A DNA stretch of 54,175 nt from Caecitellus pseudoparvulus (taxonomy: Eukaryota; Protista; Bigyra: Bicosoecida). The notes under the pieces were generated by a model. It was given only the letters and a program-made list of their open reading frames with translations, did not search any database and was not told where the DNA came from. Both the position numbers and the translations under genes were made by a program. The stretch spans positions 1 through 54,175 of the forward strand of contig CBFFRQ010000072.1 in assembly GCA_965644315.1 (NCBI GenBank). The letters are read 5' to 3'. Below are positions 21,154 through 32,031 of this stretch, piece after piece; the first letter of the stretch is position 1; each line of letters begins with the position of its first letter.

Positions 21154-24100
21154 ATGAGCAAGGCCAGGTTCGGCAGCTCTGCCTTCCTGGCCTGTGTCCT
21201 CGTTGCCCTGTTGGAAACCGGCGCTCCCTGCTCCACCAGCCCCGGCGGCTGCTCAGATAGCACCTCAGATGACAGCACAGGCCTGCAGGGCTTGCCGTAC
21301 ATTCACCAGGTGTACCGTGAAGACGACCCGTGCCCCGCTGGCTGGGTGCCGGCGCAGACGCACTGCCTTCGTGCAGTGCCCCCCACCCCCGGGTTCACAG
21401 CTGCTGCCGCTGCCGCGGCGTGCGCCGCCCTGCACGCCGATGCATACCCTTTCCCCATTGCTACATCTCAAGACCAGTCGGTGGTGACTGCCTTTGCCGA
21501 CCTGCAGCCCGGACAACGCGCGTGGATCGGGTGCGAGTTCGCAGGCGACATTTCCCTTCCCAACTACGGCAAGTTCTTCCTCGCCGACGGCAGCCCTGGC
21601 AAGGCCACCTTCTGGGATGCCGCCATCGGGCCGATTGACTTTGCCCCTGGTGCCCAGTGCTACCTGCAGGCGCCTGCCGAGGGGGGCAAGTGGGGCTTGG
21701 CGCCGGGCGGTGTGCCAGCGCCGGGCTTTGCCTACGGCGCCGTATGCGCGCTGGCAGCGAGGTCGAAGCACGTGGCGTCTGGCGCCGATGCCTGCGAGGC
21801 TGGCCTGGGCAGGGGGTGGAGGTACCTCAAAGACGCCTCTGACTCCACTGGGCAGTGCTTTGCGGCGCTGCCTGACGAGATGGACGCCAGCCAAGCTGGT
21901 GACGCGTGTGCCGCTGTGGGAGGCACTCTCGCAGGAGTCGGTGACAGCACACAGAACAACAAGCTTCGCCGCCTGGCCTGGCACCCACTGGAGAATGACG
22001 CTACCTTCACGTGGCTGGGCATTAGCCGGTCCACCACGGCTCTCCTGGGGCAGCCTGGTGTGTGTGGTTGGTGGGAGGAGCACGGTGACAGTGCAGCTGC
22101 ATTCGGGAACTGGGATCCAGCTGATCCGCACGGCACTACCTGCCTTGCGTCCCCCCTTCGCGCACGCATGATGCCAGACGGGACGTGGTCTCCAGCTTCC
22201 GACCTCACGTTGAATGGCCGGGCAGCTTGCCAGCTGAACGTCCTGGGTGACTTTCAGACGATGCTGAACTCCAACCCGCTGGGCCAGGCGGCGTTTGTGC
22301 CCCCCCGCCAAGCCGGTCCCCACGTCCTGGCCTCTGCTCCTGGCTCGTTGCTTGGTGGCTTGTTTGGCTCTACCATGTGCTCCCTGCAGGCCCTCAGCGG
22401 TGCCAAGATGCTGTTCTTTGTGCTCACTGCCCGCGACGGACAGGGCTGGGCACCAGGCTGGGAGGCGGAGGTAATCGACGGCTCGGGAGGGCGGACGACC
22501 CTGCAGCACCCCAAACACGGGTACTCGACGCAGCAGTTCAAGTGCTTTCGCCTGAGTATTTTTAACTGCCCTCGTCTCGAAGTGAGGGGCGGCTTGCCGG
22601 GGACCGGCGCGAACATTGTGGTGACGGTGTACTTCGCCGACAGCGGCACCAATAACGGGCGGCTCATCGCACACGCCGAGGGGGACGATGCAACAGCATA
22701 CTTTGCTCTCCCTGGCGCAACTGGCTGTGGTGCTTCTCCTGCACCTTCAGCCATGGTCACTCCCAGCGCGTCCCCATCTATCACGCCGAGCAATTCTGGC
22801 ACGCCGTCAGCCTCCACGTCAGCAGCTGTGACTGGCACGCCATCAGCCTCCACGTCAGCAGCTGTGACGGGCACGCCGTCAGCCTCCACGTCAGCAGCTG
22901 TGACGGGCACGCCGTCAGCCTCCACGTCAGCAGCTGTGACGGGCACGCCGTCAGCCTCCACGTCAGCAGCTGTGACGGGCACGCCATCAGCCTCCACGTC
23001 AGCAGCTGTGACGGGCACGCCGTCAGCCTCCACGTCAGCAGCTGTGACGGGCACGCCGTCAGCCTCCACGTCAGCAGCTGTGACGGGCACGCCGTCAGCC
23101 TCCACGTCAGCAGCTGTGACGGGCACGCCGTCAGCCTCCACGTCAGCAGCTGTGACGGGCACGCCGTCAGCCTCCACGTCAGCAGCTGTGACGGGCACGC
23201 CATCAGCCTCCACGTCAGCAGCTGTGACGGGCACGCCGTCAGCCTCCACGTCAGCAGCTGTGACGGGCACGCCGTCAGCCTCCACGTCAGCAGCTGTGAC
23301 GGGCACGCCGTCAGCCTCCACGTCAGCAGCTGTGACGGGCACGCCGTCAGCCTCCACGTCAGCAGCTGTGACGGGCACGCCGTCAGCCTCCACGTCAGCA
23401 GCTGTGACGGGCACGCCGTCAGCCTCCACGTCAGCAGCTGTGACGGGCACACCGTCAGCCTCCACGTCAGCAGCTGTGACGGGCACGCCATCGGCCTCAA
23501 CGTCAGCTGTAGCTACCAACACCCCCTTTCCAGCGTGGCCAGGCGGCCCGACAGCAAGCCCAGGCAGCAGCGCTGCTCCTCCAGGGACGCGTATTGGGCC
23601 ACTTCCAGGAAGATTCACTCCGGCTCCATCTCAAGCACCATCACCAGCCCTAGAGGGTGCGGGGAGCGATGACGGGCGAGACGAGGGTGTGGCAGGGGAC
23701 GACGAGGTGGTGGAGGAGGAGGGGCCTGGGCGGACCCGGACCGGTGGCGGGGATACGGACACATCGTGGGAGATTGGCGTCATTTCCAGCGTCTCCATCA
23801 CGGCATTCCTCATGCTGGCTGTCATGGCCGTGTGCTGCTGCAAGTGCTTCACCAAGCACCCCAAGGTGCGGCCAGCCCCCCTGCGCCGACGCGCCAGCTC
23901 GGCAAGCGATAAGATCGAAGTGTGCACTGACAGCGACTCAGACAAGCCGCCCAAACCCGCACCCGAGCTGCTGCCTCCCTCCACCATTCATGCGGCAGGC
24001 GTCGGCACAAAGTCGACCGAAGCCACGGTGGTGACGCTGGAAGACGCAGGCACCTGGGCACATCGCTCCGACATCACGACCCAGTCTCGCGGCCAAACAC

Positions 24101-24228
24101 TGTCTGACGTGGACGATGGCTGGCTGGAGCAGGCGTACGGTTTCGATTCTGACGATGACCCGTCGCTGCAGTTCACCGACATCATCATTGTGTCGCCAGC
24201 GAGCGCCCGCTCAGGCAAGTCGCAGTAG
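21154..24228 (+). CDS. type I membrane protein: signal peptide, two C-type lectin-like domains, Ser/Thr mucin stalk, TM helix, cytoplasmic tail
   Basis: Signal MSKARFGSSAFLACVLVALL. CTLD patterns CPAGW...C...AAAACAAL...AWIG and C...GW...QCF...DACAAVGGTLA...WLGI...FGNW. TM IGVISSVSITAFLMLAVMAV followed by CCCKC. Confidence 0.8.
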   Translation: MSKARFGSSAFLACVLVALLETGAPCSTSPGGCSDSTSDDSTGLQGLPYIHQVYREDDPCPAGWVPAQTHCLRAVPPTPGFTAAAAAAACAALHADAYPFPIATSQDQSVVTAFADLQPGQRAWIGCEFAGDISLPNYGKFFLADGSPGKATFWDAAIGPIDFAPGAQCYLQAPAEGGKWGLAPGGVPAPGFAYGAVCALAARSKHVASGADACEAGLGRGWRYLKDASDSTGQCFAALPDEMDASQAGDACAAVGGTLAGVGDSTQNNKLRRLAWHPLENDATFTWLGISRSTTALLGQPGVCGWWEEHGDSAAAFGNWDPADPHGTTCLASPLRARMMPDGTWSPASDLTLNGRAACQLNVLGDFQTMLNSNPLGQAAFVPPRQAGPHVLASAPGSLLGGLFGSTMCSLQALSGAKMLFFVLTARDGQGWAPGWEAEVIDGSGGRTTLQHPKHGYSTQQFKCFRLSIFNCPRLEVRGGLPGTGANIVVTVYFADSGTNNGRLIAHAEGDDATAYFALPGATGCGASPAPSAMVTPSASPSITPSNSGTPSASTSAAVTGTPSASTSAAVTGTPSASTSAAVTGTPSASTSAAVTGTPSASTSAAVTGTPSASTSAAVTGTPSASTSAAVTGTPSASTSAAVTGTPSASTSAAVTGTPSASTSAAVTGTPSASTSAAVTGTPSASTSAAVTGTPSASTSAAVTGTPSASTSAAVTGTPSASTSAAVTGTPSASTSAAVTGTPSASTSAAVTGTPSASTSAAVTGTPSASTSAAVTGTPSASTSAVATNTPFPAWPGGPTASPGSSAAPPGTRIGPLPGRFTPAPSQAPSPALEGAGSDDGRDEGVAGDDEVVEEEGPGRTRTGGGDTDTSWEIGVISSVSITAFLMLAVMAVCCCKCFTKHPKVRPAPLRRRASSASDKIEVCTDSDSDKPPKPAPELLPPSTIHAAGVGTKSTEATVVTLEDAGTWAHRSDITTQSRGQTLSDVDDGWLEQAYGFDSDDDPSLQFTDIIIVSPASARSGKSQ
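22798..23514 (+). repeat. 36-bp coding minisatellite, about 20 units encoding GTPSASTSAAVT
   Basis: 19 full units plus one degenerate unit. The full units differ only at synonymous positions (ccg/cca, acg/act/aca). Confidence 0.95.
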
Positions 24229-24285
24229 ACGACGCGCCGCGCTTAATTCACTGTCCATGCATTGCGGAACACTGCACACCCGACG

Positions 24286-26724
24286 TCACTGCATGGTGGC
24301 CATGAACTCCCGCACCTCCGCCAGCTCCCGCTGCCGCCTCGCGTCGTCCCACCCGATCGCGTCGCCCATGACACTCACCACTCGCTCAGCACACGCCTCC
24401 ACAGCCTTGGTGTCTGTGAACGCCAGGCGCGTGCGGCGCGCCACAAAGTCTACAGCCTTGCACGCCATCTCCTGCTCCACAGCGAACACGATCTCAGCTT
24501 GCAAGTACGGGTGGCGCGCCACGAGCCGGTGCGTCAACTTGTGGGGACCCTTGTCAGTGACGGCCATCTGAGCCACTTGCAGGGCCCGCGTGCCGTAGTT
24601 GTGCACGAGGTGGGTGGCGACGTCCTTGTCCATGCCAAACGTCTCGCGAAGGGTCACCTGTGTGGGGGGATGGGGGGGTGGCGGTAGGGACATGCGGACG
24701 GGCGGCAGAGAGGCACGGCGCTGGAACGTACCACGATGCGGTCGAACTTCTGGCTGGCGACGATGCCTTGGCGATCGGCACCCAGCAACTGCTTGTTCAG
24801 GGTGTCGCTGGGCTGCACCTTGCTGGCGACGAGGGGGAACTGGCGAGGTCGCGCCGCGACCTCGTCGATGGTGTCCTGGGCCATGGCACGGTAGGTGGTC
24901 CACTTGCCGCCCAAAATGCTGACCAGGCCCGAGTCAGACACCTCCACGCAGTGACTCCGCACGAAGTTGCTGGTGTTGCTGCCCTCCCCTGCGCCCTGCC
25001 GCGCCGCCGTCGCAGCTGCCGAGGCATCCTCCCCCGCCTCCGTCGCTGCCGCCACGGCTGCGCGGATGGAGTCAGTTTCCGCCTTCAGCGTGTCGGACGA
25101 CTTGACCAGGGGGCGCAGACCTGACCAGGTGGCCTTGACATCCCGCCGACTGACGTTTGTGGTCAGGTATCGATTGGCTTCCTTCAGGATGAACGAGACA
25201 TCCTCCTCACTGGCTTCCGGTGTCATGCTCAGCTCGGCAGGGCTGTCAGTGGTGCCGCACAGCGCGTGGCCCTCCCACGGCAGGAAGAACAGCACACGCC
25301 CGTCCTGGGTCTTGGGTACGATGAGTCCCATCTTGTCGGGGCAAAAGTGATCGGCCATCACCACGTGCACGCCAGCTGCCGGCACAATGGCCTCAGCCTG
25401 CGTCACGTCATCCATCAGCCGCACAGCATCGGCGAAGGGCCCTGTGGCATTGACCACCACGCGTGCCTTGACGTTCCACGTGGCGCCAGTGAGTGTGTCT
25501 TCCACCACGGCGCCCGTGATGCGCCCAGCGGAGTCCTTCACCAAATCCCGCAACCCGACGTAGTTCGCAGCAGTGGCGCCAGACTGCGCAGACGTCAACG
25601 CGATCATCAAATTCATGCGTGTGTCATTGTGCATGCCATCGTAGTACACCACAGCTCCTGCCAGCCCCTCAGACTTCAAATTCGGGAACGCGTACAAAGC
25701 CTCTTCCTGTGCAAGGCACACAGGTACTGCGTGAACCACTCTGCAACGCCGCACACCCACATCGCGCCGGGCAGGCAACGCACCTTGGACAGGTACCGAC
25801 TGGCCGGCAGCACACGCTTGGAGCCTGCGATGAGGTCGTACATCTTGGCGCCCAGCCACATGTACGGCAGCTCCAGCCAGGAGTACGTTGGGATCATAAT
25901 TGGCATGGCGTGGGCCATGTACGGCGCAGCGTGCAGCAGGTGAGCCCGCTCAGCCAGCGCCTCCCGCACAAGCTCGAATTGGGAGTAGTCTGGGGCGTGG
26001 ACGTGGATGGCGAGCGTGGCAAGCGTGGTGAATACAAATGCCGCCGGCACTTGAACCACTCACCTAGCTCCGTGAAGGCCTTCTCCAAATACCGCACGCC
26101 GCCGTGGATGAGCTTCGTGCTGCGGCCAGACGTGCCACTGCCCCAATCAGCCTGCTCGATTATGGCCACCGACAGTCCTCGGCTGGCAGCTGTGCAGGGG
26201 GGCAGGCGTGCGAGGTTGCCGGCTCAAACCAGACAAACGGGGACCAGGCCTTCAAGCCAAGCACGCACCCTCCAGAGCGACCCCAGCTCCAACACAGCCA
26301 CCTGTGACGAGCATTGCAAGTGTGACGTGGGGCCCGACCGTGCGCAGTCATGGCACCCGCAGGCACAGGCCCAAGGTGTGCCTACTTGCTCCGTGCGGAA
26401 ATTGCTAAACACGCACCACCCACGACCAGCACGTCATACTGCTCGCCAGACTTCAGCTTCTGGATCTGAGAGCGCCGCGACGGGCATGACCAAGGAATGA
26501 CCGACGTCCCGTCCTTGCACCTGCCAATGGGACAAAGCTGAGGTGTGCGCGGGGCACATTCTGAGGCCGGGCAGCGGGGTGTGCTGCAGCTCTGCGTACT
26601 TGATGGCTGAAGTGGAGTACTCCTGCCCACCCTCGTCAGTGGCCCGGAGAGGAGCGGTCCAGGTCAGTGTGGCTGCAGCCCCTGCCGTGGCGGCAGCGAG
26701 AATGCGAGCTGAAGACCCCAACAT
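24286..26724 (-). CDS. GPD2: mitochondrial FAD-dependent glycerol-3-phosphate dehydrogenase, 7 exons
   Basis: Exons 26600-26724, 26417-26520, 26269-26301, 26064-26189, 25784-25989, 24732-25706 and 24286-24657 join in frame through GT-AG introns. Motifs YDVLVVGGGCVGAGVALEA, SGTSGRSTKLIHGGVRYL, VVNATGPFAD, GGKWTTYR and ARRTRLAF. Confidence 0.93.
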
Positions 26725-27057
26725 GACGGCAGCCTTGGTTGGCAAGTCTGGGGTGCAGCGGAAAAAAGACAGCCCCGGGGCCAAATCGCTCCAAGGTGAA
26801 GCAGGCGAGGGAACTCAAAGAGGCCATGCGTGCATATTCATACGGTTCGCCTTGTGAGTATTGGTCACAGGACTTCTTTGCTGCGTAGGCCGCTTGCATG
26901 CTGGTGAAGCGGCAGCCGCGTTTCGGCAGAGTTTCGTGCCAAGCTTGCTTGAGAACTAATCGCGGTCTGCTCGAACCCGAATTGCACAGGGAATTAGGAA
27001 TCCCAAACCATCATTTGAGTAGCACGTTGCGCACCACTTGGACCACTTCATCACAGC

Positions 27058-28698
27058 ATGTCGACCCGGGCCCACCTGGAATCGCTGGCAGATGCCGTGC
27101 TGGGCGGAGGGGAGGAACATGAACATGGCGAGGCAGATGGCACCTCCGCCACGCTACGGGATGTGTCGGGCATGGAGGAGCTGGATGCACATGACATGCG
27201 CAGGGTGGGCAGCATGCGTGGTATGGATCCAGCGCTGCTGCAGGGCAAGTACCGGGGCAAGACCAGCAGTCGTGCGGAAATTGAAGAAGCACAGGGTCGG
27301 CGCCGACGCAGCACCTCCAAGACTGGCGCCAGGGCTGCTGCCAAGCTGGAACAGATGCAAGCAGCAGCTCTAGATCTGGATGCCGCTGGTGCGAGTGACA
27401 GTTCGGATGATGAGGAGCCAGGCAAAGCTGCAGCAGCAGCGGCTGCAGGTGGCGCTAGTCTGGTTGGCGCTGCGTCAGAAGTCACTGACGAGTTGGTGTT
27501 CCTGCAGGGCCAGCAAAAGGCCGCCATGCAGGCCATGAGCCGATCGTCCACCGCCTCCGCAGCGCAGGGCAAGGCTGCCAAGTCACAAGTGGCATTGTCT
27601 GATGCGTTGCTGGAGGGGCGCATTCACCTGCAGAGCGCTTTGGCGGCAGCGGCACGCCTGCCCGTCGCGGGGGCCCTCGGCGGAGCAAGTGCTGCGCAAA
27701 AGCTCATGGAAGCGCACCCAGGCCTGCCAAGTGCTGTGGCCACGGCGCGGGGCGCAGTGGCGGGGCTGCTGGGAGATCTGCTGGAGCTGCAGTCACTGCT
27801 GCTGCCTCGTGTTGGGGTGGTGGCGCAAGCGGTGGCAACGCAGCAGAGCGTGTCACCTGCTGCATTGGAGGGCGCGTCCACAGCAGCAGTGCAGGCAGGT
27901 GAGCCAGACGAGCAGGACGAGGCTGAGAGGCGCCTGTTCCCTGCTGCGTTGCAGGAGTCACTGGCGGAGTCACAGGCCAAGCGCCCCCGGCGTGATGCGT
28001 GCACTCCCCCACCTTCGCACCTTGACGATGCGTGGCGTGTTCTGGATGCATCCTGGAACGCCGCGTCGCCTTTCATGGGGGCGGTGCACAACGCAGCACA
28101 AGAGTCTGCCCAGCTGGGCGGCGGCGCAAAGCGGGGCTCGAAACGCAGCAGATCGGTGCTGCATGCCTCCCTAACGCAGCAGGTGGAGGGAGTCATGTCT
28201 GACCCAGCCCGTGTGGCCAGGCAAGCCCACCCCTCGGAATATGCTCAGGGCCTGCGGGCTCCGCTGTGCATGGCGCAGGCGGCGTCAGGCCTCAACGCAC
28301 CAGAATCAGAGCGGGCCGAAGCCACACAAGCTTGGCGTGAGGCGATCTACGATGATGGTACATTCTACCAGGCCCTGCTGAAGGACTTTGTGGCTGCGGC
28401 AGCCACACCAGCAGCTGGGGCCAAGGCCGGCGGCGAAACGCAGCAGGGCGGCATGGCTCTCACGGCAGGCCGCGGCGACACCGACGTGACTCAGTTGAAG
28501 GCCGGGTACAAGCGCGTAGTACGGGATGTGGACAGGCGCGCCTCCAAGGGGCGCAAGGTGCGGTACAAAGTGCACCCGAAACTGACAGGGTTCATGGCGC
28601 CCGAGCCGTTGGCGCCGAGCCTTGTTCCGGGTGGCGACGGAGAGCGTTTTACCGTGAACACGGATGTCCTTGTTCGGTCCCTCTTCCAGCGCCAGTGA
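27058..28698 (+). CDS. AATF: AATF/Bfr2 (TRAUB) ribosome biogenesis protein
   Basis: C-terminal TRAUB motifs IYDDGTFYQALLKDFV and VDRRASKGRKVRYKVHPKLTGFMAP. N-terminal motifs KYRGKTSSR and DALLEGRIHLQ. Confidence 0.9.
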   Translation: MSTRAHLESLADAVLGGGEEHEHGEADGTSATLRDVSGMEELDAHDMRRVGSMRGMDPALLQGKYRGKTSSRAEIEEAQGRRRRSTSKTGARAAAKLEQMQAAALDLDAAGASDSSDDEEPGKAAAAAAAGGASLVGAASEVTDELVFLQGQQKAAMQAMSRSSTASAAQGKAAKSQVALSDALLEGRIHLQSALAAAARLPVAGALGGASAAQKLMEAHPGLPSAVATARGAVAGLLGDLLELQSLLLPRVGVVAQAVATQQSVSPAALEGASTAAVQAGEPDEQDEAERRLFPAALQESLAESQAKRPRRDACTPPPSHLDDAWRVLDASWNAASPFMGAVHNAAQESAQLGGGAKRGSKRSRSVLHASLTQQVEGVMSDPARVARQAHPSEYAQGLRAPLCMAQAASGLNAPESERAEATQAWREAIYDDGTFYQALLKDFVAAAATPAAGAKAGGETQQGGMALTAGRGDTDVTQLKAGYKRVVRDVDRRASKGRKVRYKVHPKLTGFMAPEPLAPSLVPGGDGERFTVNTDVLVRSLFQRQ

Positions 28699-28731
28699 GG
28701 CGCGCACGCCCCCAATGCACGCTCCCTCCCA

Positions 28732-31700
28732 CTACCCATGCAAACCAATTGTGCTGTCCAGCGGCAGCGGAATCCCCTCCGCTTCCATTTGATCCAGCCG
28801 CCCCAACATGCGTGTGCGCCGTGCAGTGGCCTGCTTGTTCAGCGCCAACCCTGCAACTTTGTCCACACCGCCCAGGCGGTCCCAGAAACGCCCCCGCAAG
28901 TCACTCTCCTGTGGCGGTGCGTCCACATCAGGCACGTCGCCCAGCGCAGCCGTTAACGAAGCTCGTGCCGAGTCAGGGCGCACACCCAGCCGGGACAAGC
29001 AAGGCACTCGAAACGCATCACTGCTGCTCGGCGGCACCCGCGCAGATGTCGACCCGTGTGTGAAACTATGCGTTTCAGCATGACCAACATCCCGCACCCC
29101 ACTCCGGCGCAACTGTGCATGCTCGTCCCCTGCCCGCAGTGCCCGGGCTTCTTGCATGGCTTGCTTTGTCTCGGCTGACAGGCCAGCCATGGTGGCCGCC
29201 TGCACGGCGCGGAACTGCCGCGGGCGGCTGGTCGCGGATATTGACCCGGCTCCCCCGCCATGCACCCCGCTCAACGCACCACTGGCCTCGTACTGCGACG
29301 CCGCCTGGCCCAGCTGCCGCCGAGCAGAGTGCACTGTCGTGGCTGCTCCCAGCACCCGCCCCCACCGGTCCTGCAGTGACTCCACCTGCGACCGCAGTGG
29401 GCCCATGGCGCGCTGCGCCGCATCCCCCGCCGCATGTGTGAAGTCCACAGCGAGCTGCTGCCTGTGGTGAGCGGCTTGTGTCAGCGCCTTGAACGCCTGC
29501 ACACGCTGCATGGCGGAAGACAGGGCCTGGGCCGCGTCGCTGTCTGCTGCGTTTCCGGCGGGGGAACTGTGCAGCGCATCAGGCAGGAAACGCCCCCTAC
29601 TGGGCGACTGCGATGGCTTTGGTGAGGATTGCACGAAGTGGCCCCCACGCCTGCGCCGAGTCAGCCCCACTGGGGTAGCGGTATCTGACTGCAGCTGCTG
29701 CGTTGGCGGTGGTGGCGCCATTGTGGCCGAGGGTGACACCACATCCTGCGCGGCACTGTACAGTGACCCCAGCTCCCCGGACCCGGGCCGCCCGGAGCGC
29801 ACTGGCGCCTTGCTCCGCCGTCCTTGCTGATGACGCCTGCCTGAGCGTGGCTTTTGATTTTGAACCCCCTCCTGCCGCGCTGAGGTGACTCCGCTCCCAC
29901 GCGCTGACGCCACGCCTCTTGCTGCCGCAACGGACGGCGGGTCAGCGGCCTCTGCTGCTGACAGGAGGGACTGCTTGTAACTCGCCTCACGTCTGGCGTG
30001 AGCGGCGGCAGCAGCAGCCACGACATCCACTCGTACCTCACCTCCCATGAAGGGGGTTTCAGGCCCGCCCCGCCCGCCAGTGAGAGGAGTGGGGTCACCG
30101 TGGTGCCGCCTCGCTCCTTCGCCGCTTGCACCCCCCGAAGTATGCTGCGTGCTCTGTGCAGTGGATCGCGACGCGAGGGTGAGTGTTCTGCGTGTGGCCG
30201 GAACACTGTCTGTGCCCACCCCCTTGCCCGTCGTGGCTGTTGCCTGACTCCCCGCCAACGCCACAAACCCCGCATTCACCAACGCACCACCAGCACCTCT
30301 GCGTCCCACCGCAGCCGTACCCACCAGGCGCCCTGAGCGGGGACTGCGTTGTGCCAGCACCTCCTCCACCTGCTGCACACTGCCCAGTGGTACAACGTGC
30401 ACAGTTTGCAGGGGGGAGTCCGCCGAAGCTGCTTCGTGCGAGCGTTGAAACTCCAGCCGCGCAGCACCCTCCAGCGCAGAAAACGAGCCAGGGGCAGTCT
30501 TGGTCCACTTCTTTACAATGGAAGATGCCTGCCGGGGTCGTCTGCGACCTGCACCTCGGCGTTTCTTCGATGTCGGCTGCCCAATACTTCGTCGCAGCTT
30601 GGCCAGGCGGCTAGATGGGTCGCTTTGTTGGGCGGCCAGCGGCGCAGCAGAGTGCACTGACTCGCCCGAACTGGAGGAGGTGCGTCCAGATGCTCGGCTG
30701 TCCGGTGCGGCGCCGGGCGGGGTGGCGGTGTGTCGGCCTGGGACCAAAGAAGCCCCAGAGCGGAATTTGCCCCGCAGAGCTACCAAGTCATCGGCTGTCG
30801 TGGAGCCTGCCACGCCCTTGGGGGACTTGACGTGCGTGGAGATGTACTGCCCGGCAGCACTGTCGCCGAATTCTTCCGCGTCCAAATCGCCGTTGCGCCG
30901 GAGCCGCGGCACAAGCGGCAGTGACTCCAATTCGCTCAGCGCGGCCGCGAGCCTAGCCGGGTTCACCTGCTCCCTGTGCCCATCCGACTCCTGAGCACCG
31001 GGGCCCTCCCCCGCCACGAGACCTGCAACGTCGCTGTCAGTCACCGCGGCAATGTGCCGCGCCAGCTGCTCCGCCGTCGGGGTCGCATCCGCTCCCCGCA
31101 CAGCCGATGCATAGGTTGCCAGAGCGCTGGCTGACGGCGACGCCCCAGCCCGCAGCATGTTCCGCATGGCAGACCGTAGAATGTGCTTTGGAACACGCCG
31201 AGCCGCTGCAGAACTCATCGCCGCCGCCCGCCCCACGCGGGCCTGTCGTAGCTTGCGCGAGAGAGCGCTGCGCCGAGTGGTCGCAGCGACGGCATCCTTC
31301 GGCTTGGTTAGCCGATCCAGCACAAGTTCCCGGAGTTCACGGGGCTTCAGCGCCCCAGAGGCTTCTTTTTCGGATGCCTTCAAAGCCTGCAGCACTGCCT
31401 CCGGCAGCGCGGCCTTACCTTGCTTCCCAGCGACCGCCGAGTCCGCAACGGGCAGCGGTCCAATTTCCGCAGGGTTCCCATCGTCTCCTGCTCTCCCGCT
31501 CCGCGCAATGGCCACCTGGTCTGCCAGCCACTCCTCCCCATTCAGCCGCAGCAGTGCTTCTGCCCTGGAAGCCAGTCCCGGTGACAGCTGCAGGGCCGAG
31601 GCTGAGTGCCGTGCCGTGTCGAAGGATACAACGTTGGTGGCTCCTGCCGCAGCAGCTTCGGCCAGCAGACCCTCCAGCTGGGCTCTGCGGGCAGACAGCA

Positions 31701-31770
31701 TGCTAAGGGGGGCAGGGGCAGAGTCTTGGGCGCCATGTTCGCCCTCCTGAGCTGAGGGCTCCCCCGCCAT
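28732..31770 (-). CDS. hypothetical protein of about 1010 aa, partly coiled-coil and low complexity
   Basis: Long uninterrupted ORF with first ATG at 31770 (MAGEPS). It converges on AATF with a 33-bp gap. No domain recognised. Confidence 0.65.
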   Translation of the reverse strand: MAGEPSAQEGEHGAQDSAPAPLSMLSARRAQLEGLLAEAAAAGATNVVSFDTARHSASALQLSPGLASRAEALLRLNGEEWLADQVAIARSGRAGDDGNPAEIGPLPVADSAVAGKQGKAALPEAVLQALKASEKEASGALKPRELRELVLDRLTKPKDAVAATTRRSALSRKLRQARVGRAAAMSSAAARRVPKHILRSAMRNMLRAGASPSASALATYASAVRGADATPTAEQLARHIAAVTDSDVAGLVAGEGPGAQESDGHREQVNPARLAAALSELESLPLVPRLRRNGDLDAEEFGDSAAGQYISTHVKSPKGVAGSTTADDLVALRGKFRSGASLVPGRHTATPPGAAPDSRASGRTSSSSGESVHSAAPLAAQQSDPSSRLAKLRRSIGQPTSKKRRGAGRRRPRQASSIVKKWTKTAPGSFSALEGAARLEFQRSHEAASADSPLQTVHVVPLGSVQQVEEVLAQRSPRSGRLVGTAAVGRRGAGGALVNAGFVALAGSQATATTGKGVGTDSVPATRRTLTLASRSTAQSTQHTSGGASGEGARRHHGDPTPLTGGRGGPETPFMGGEVRVDVVAAAAAAHARREASYKQSLLSAAEAADPPSVAAARGVASARGSGVTSARQEGVQNQKPRSGRRHQQGRRSKAPVRSGRPGSGELGSLYSAAQDVVSPSATMAPPPPTQQLQSDTATPVGLTRRRRGGHFVQSSPKPSQSPSRGRFLPDALHSSPAGNAADSDAAQALSSAMQRVQAFKALTQAAHHRQQLAVDFTHAAGDAAQRAMGPLRSQVESLQDRWGRVLGAATTVHSARRQLGQAASQYEASGALSGVHGGGAGSISATSRPRQFRAVQAATMAGLSAETKQAMQEARALRAGDEHAQLRRSGVRDVGHAETHSFTHGSTSARVPPSSSDAFRVPCLSRLGVRPDSARASLTAALGDVPDVDAPPQESDLRGRFWDRLGGVDKVAGLALNKQATARRTRMLGRLDQMEAEGIPLPLDSTIGLHG

Positions 31771-32031
31771 GGCCCCTCCTGTGTGGTGAACTGTGGCGGT
31801 TTGCGATGCGTTTCGCTTCGTTTCAGAGCGCAGCCAGATCAAGCGACGTGAGAAGGGGCTTGGCCAACAGCACACCAGCAAGGGGCAAATAACGTCGAAA
31901 TTACCTTATGCCAAGCGGTTACGGTGCAGGCATCACAATTGTGTCTGGCTCCGCTCGGCCTGGGCGTCCAAGCATACGGTATGTGTGTAAGTTTACCATA
32001 TGCTGCATTGGCCTGTGCGGGAAGCCTGGAA

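Noticed and set aside
22798-23514. 36-bp repeats of CRISPR-like length
   Set aside because: The units are head-to-tail with no spacers, in frame inside a CDS, in eukaryotic context and without cas genes.
8396-31750. Many long overlapping antisense ORFs (e.g. 17505-19535, 22254-23618, 15713-17110)
   Set aside because: Expected in high-GC coding DNA. They lie opposite genes with clear motifs and have none of their own.
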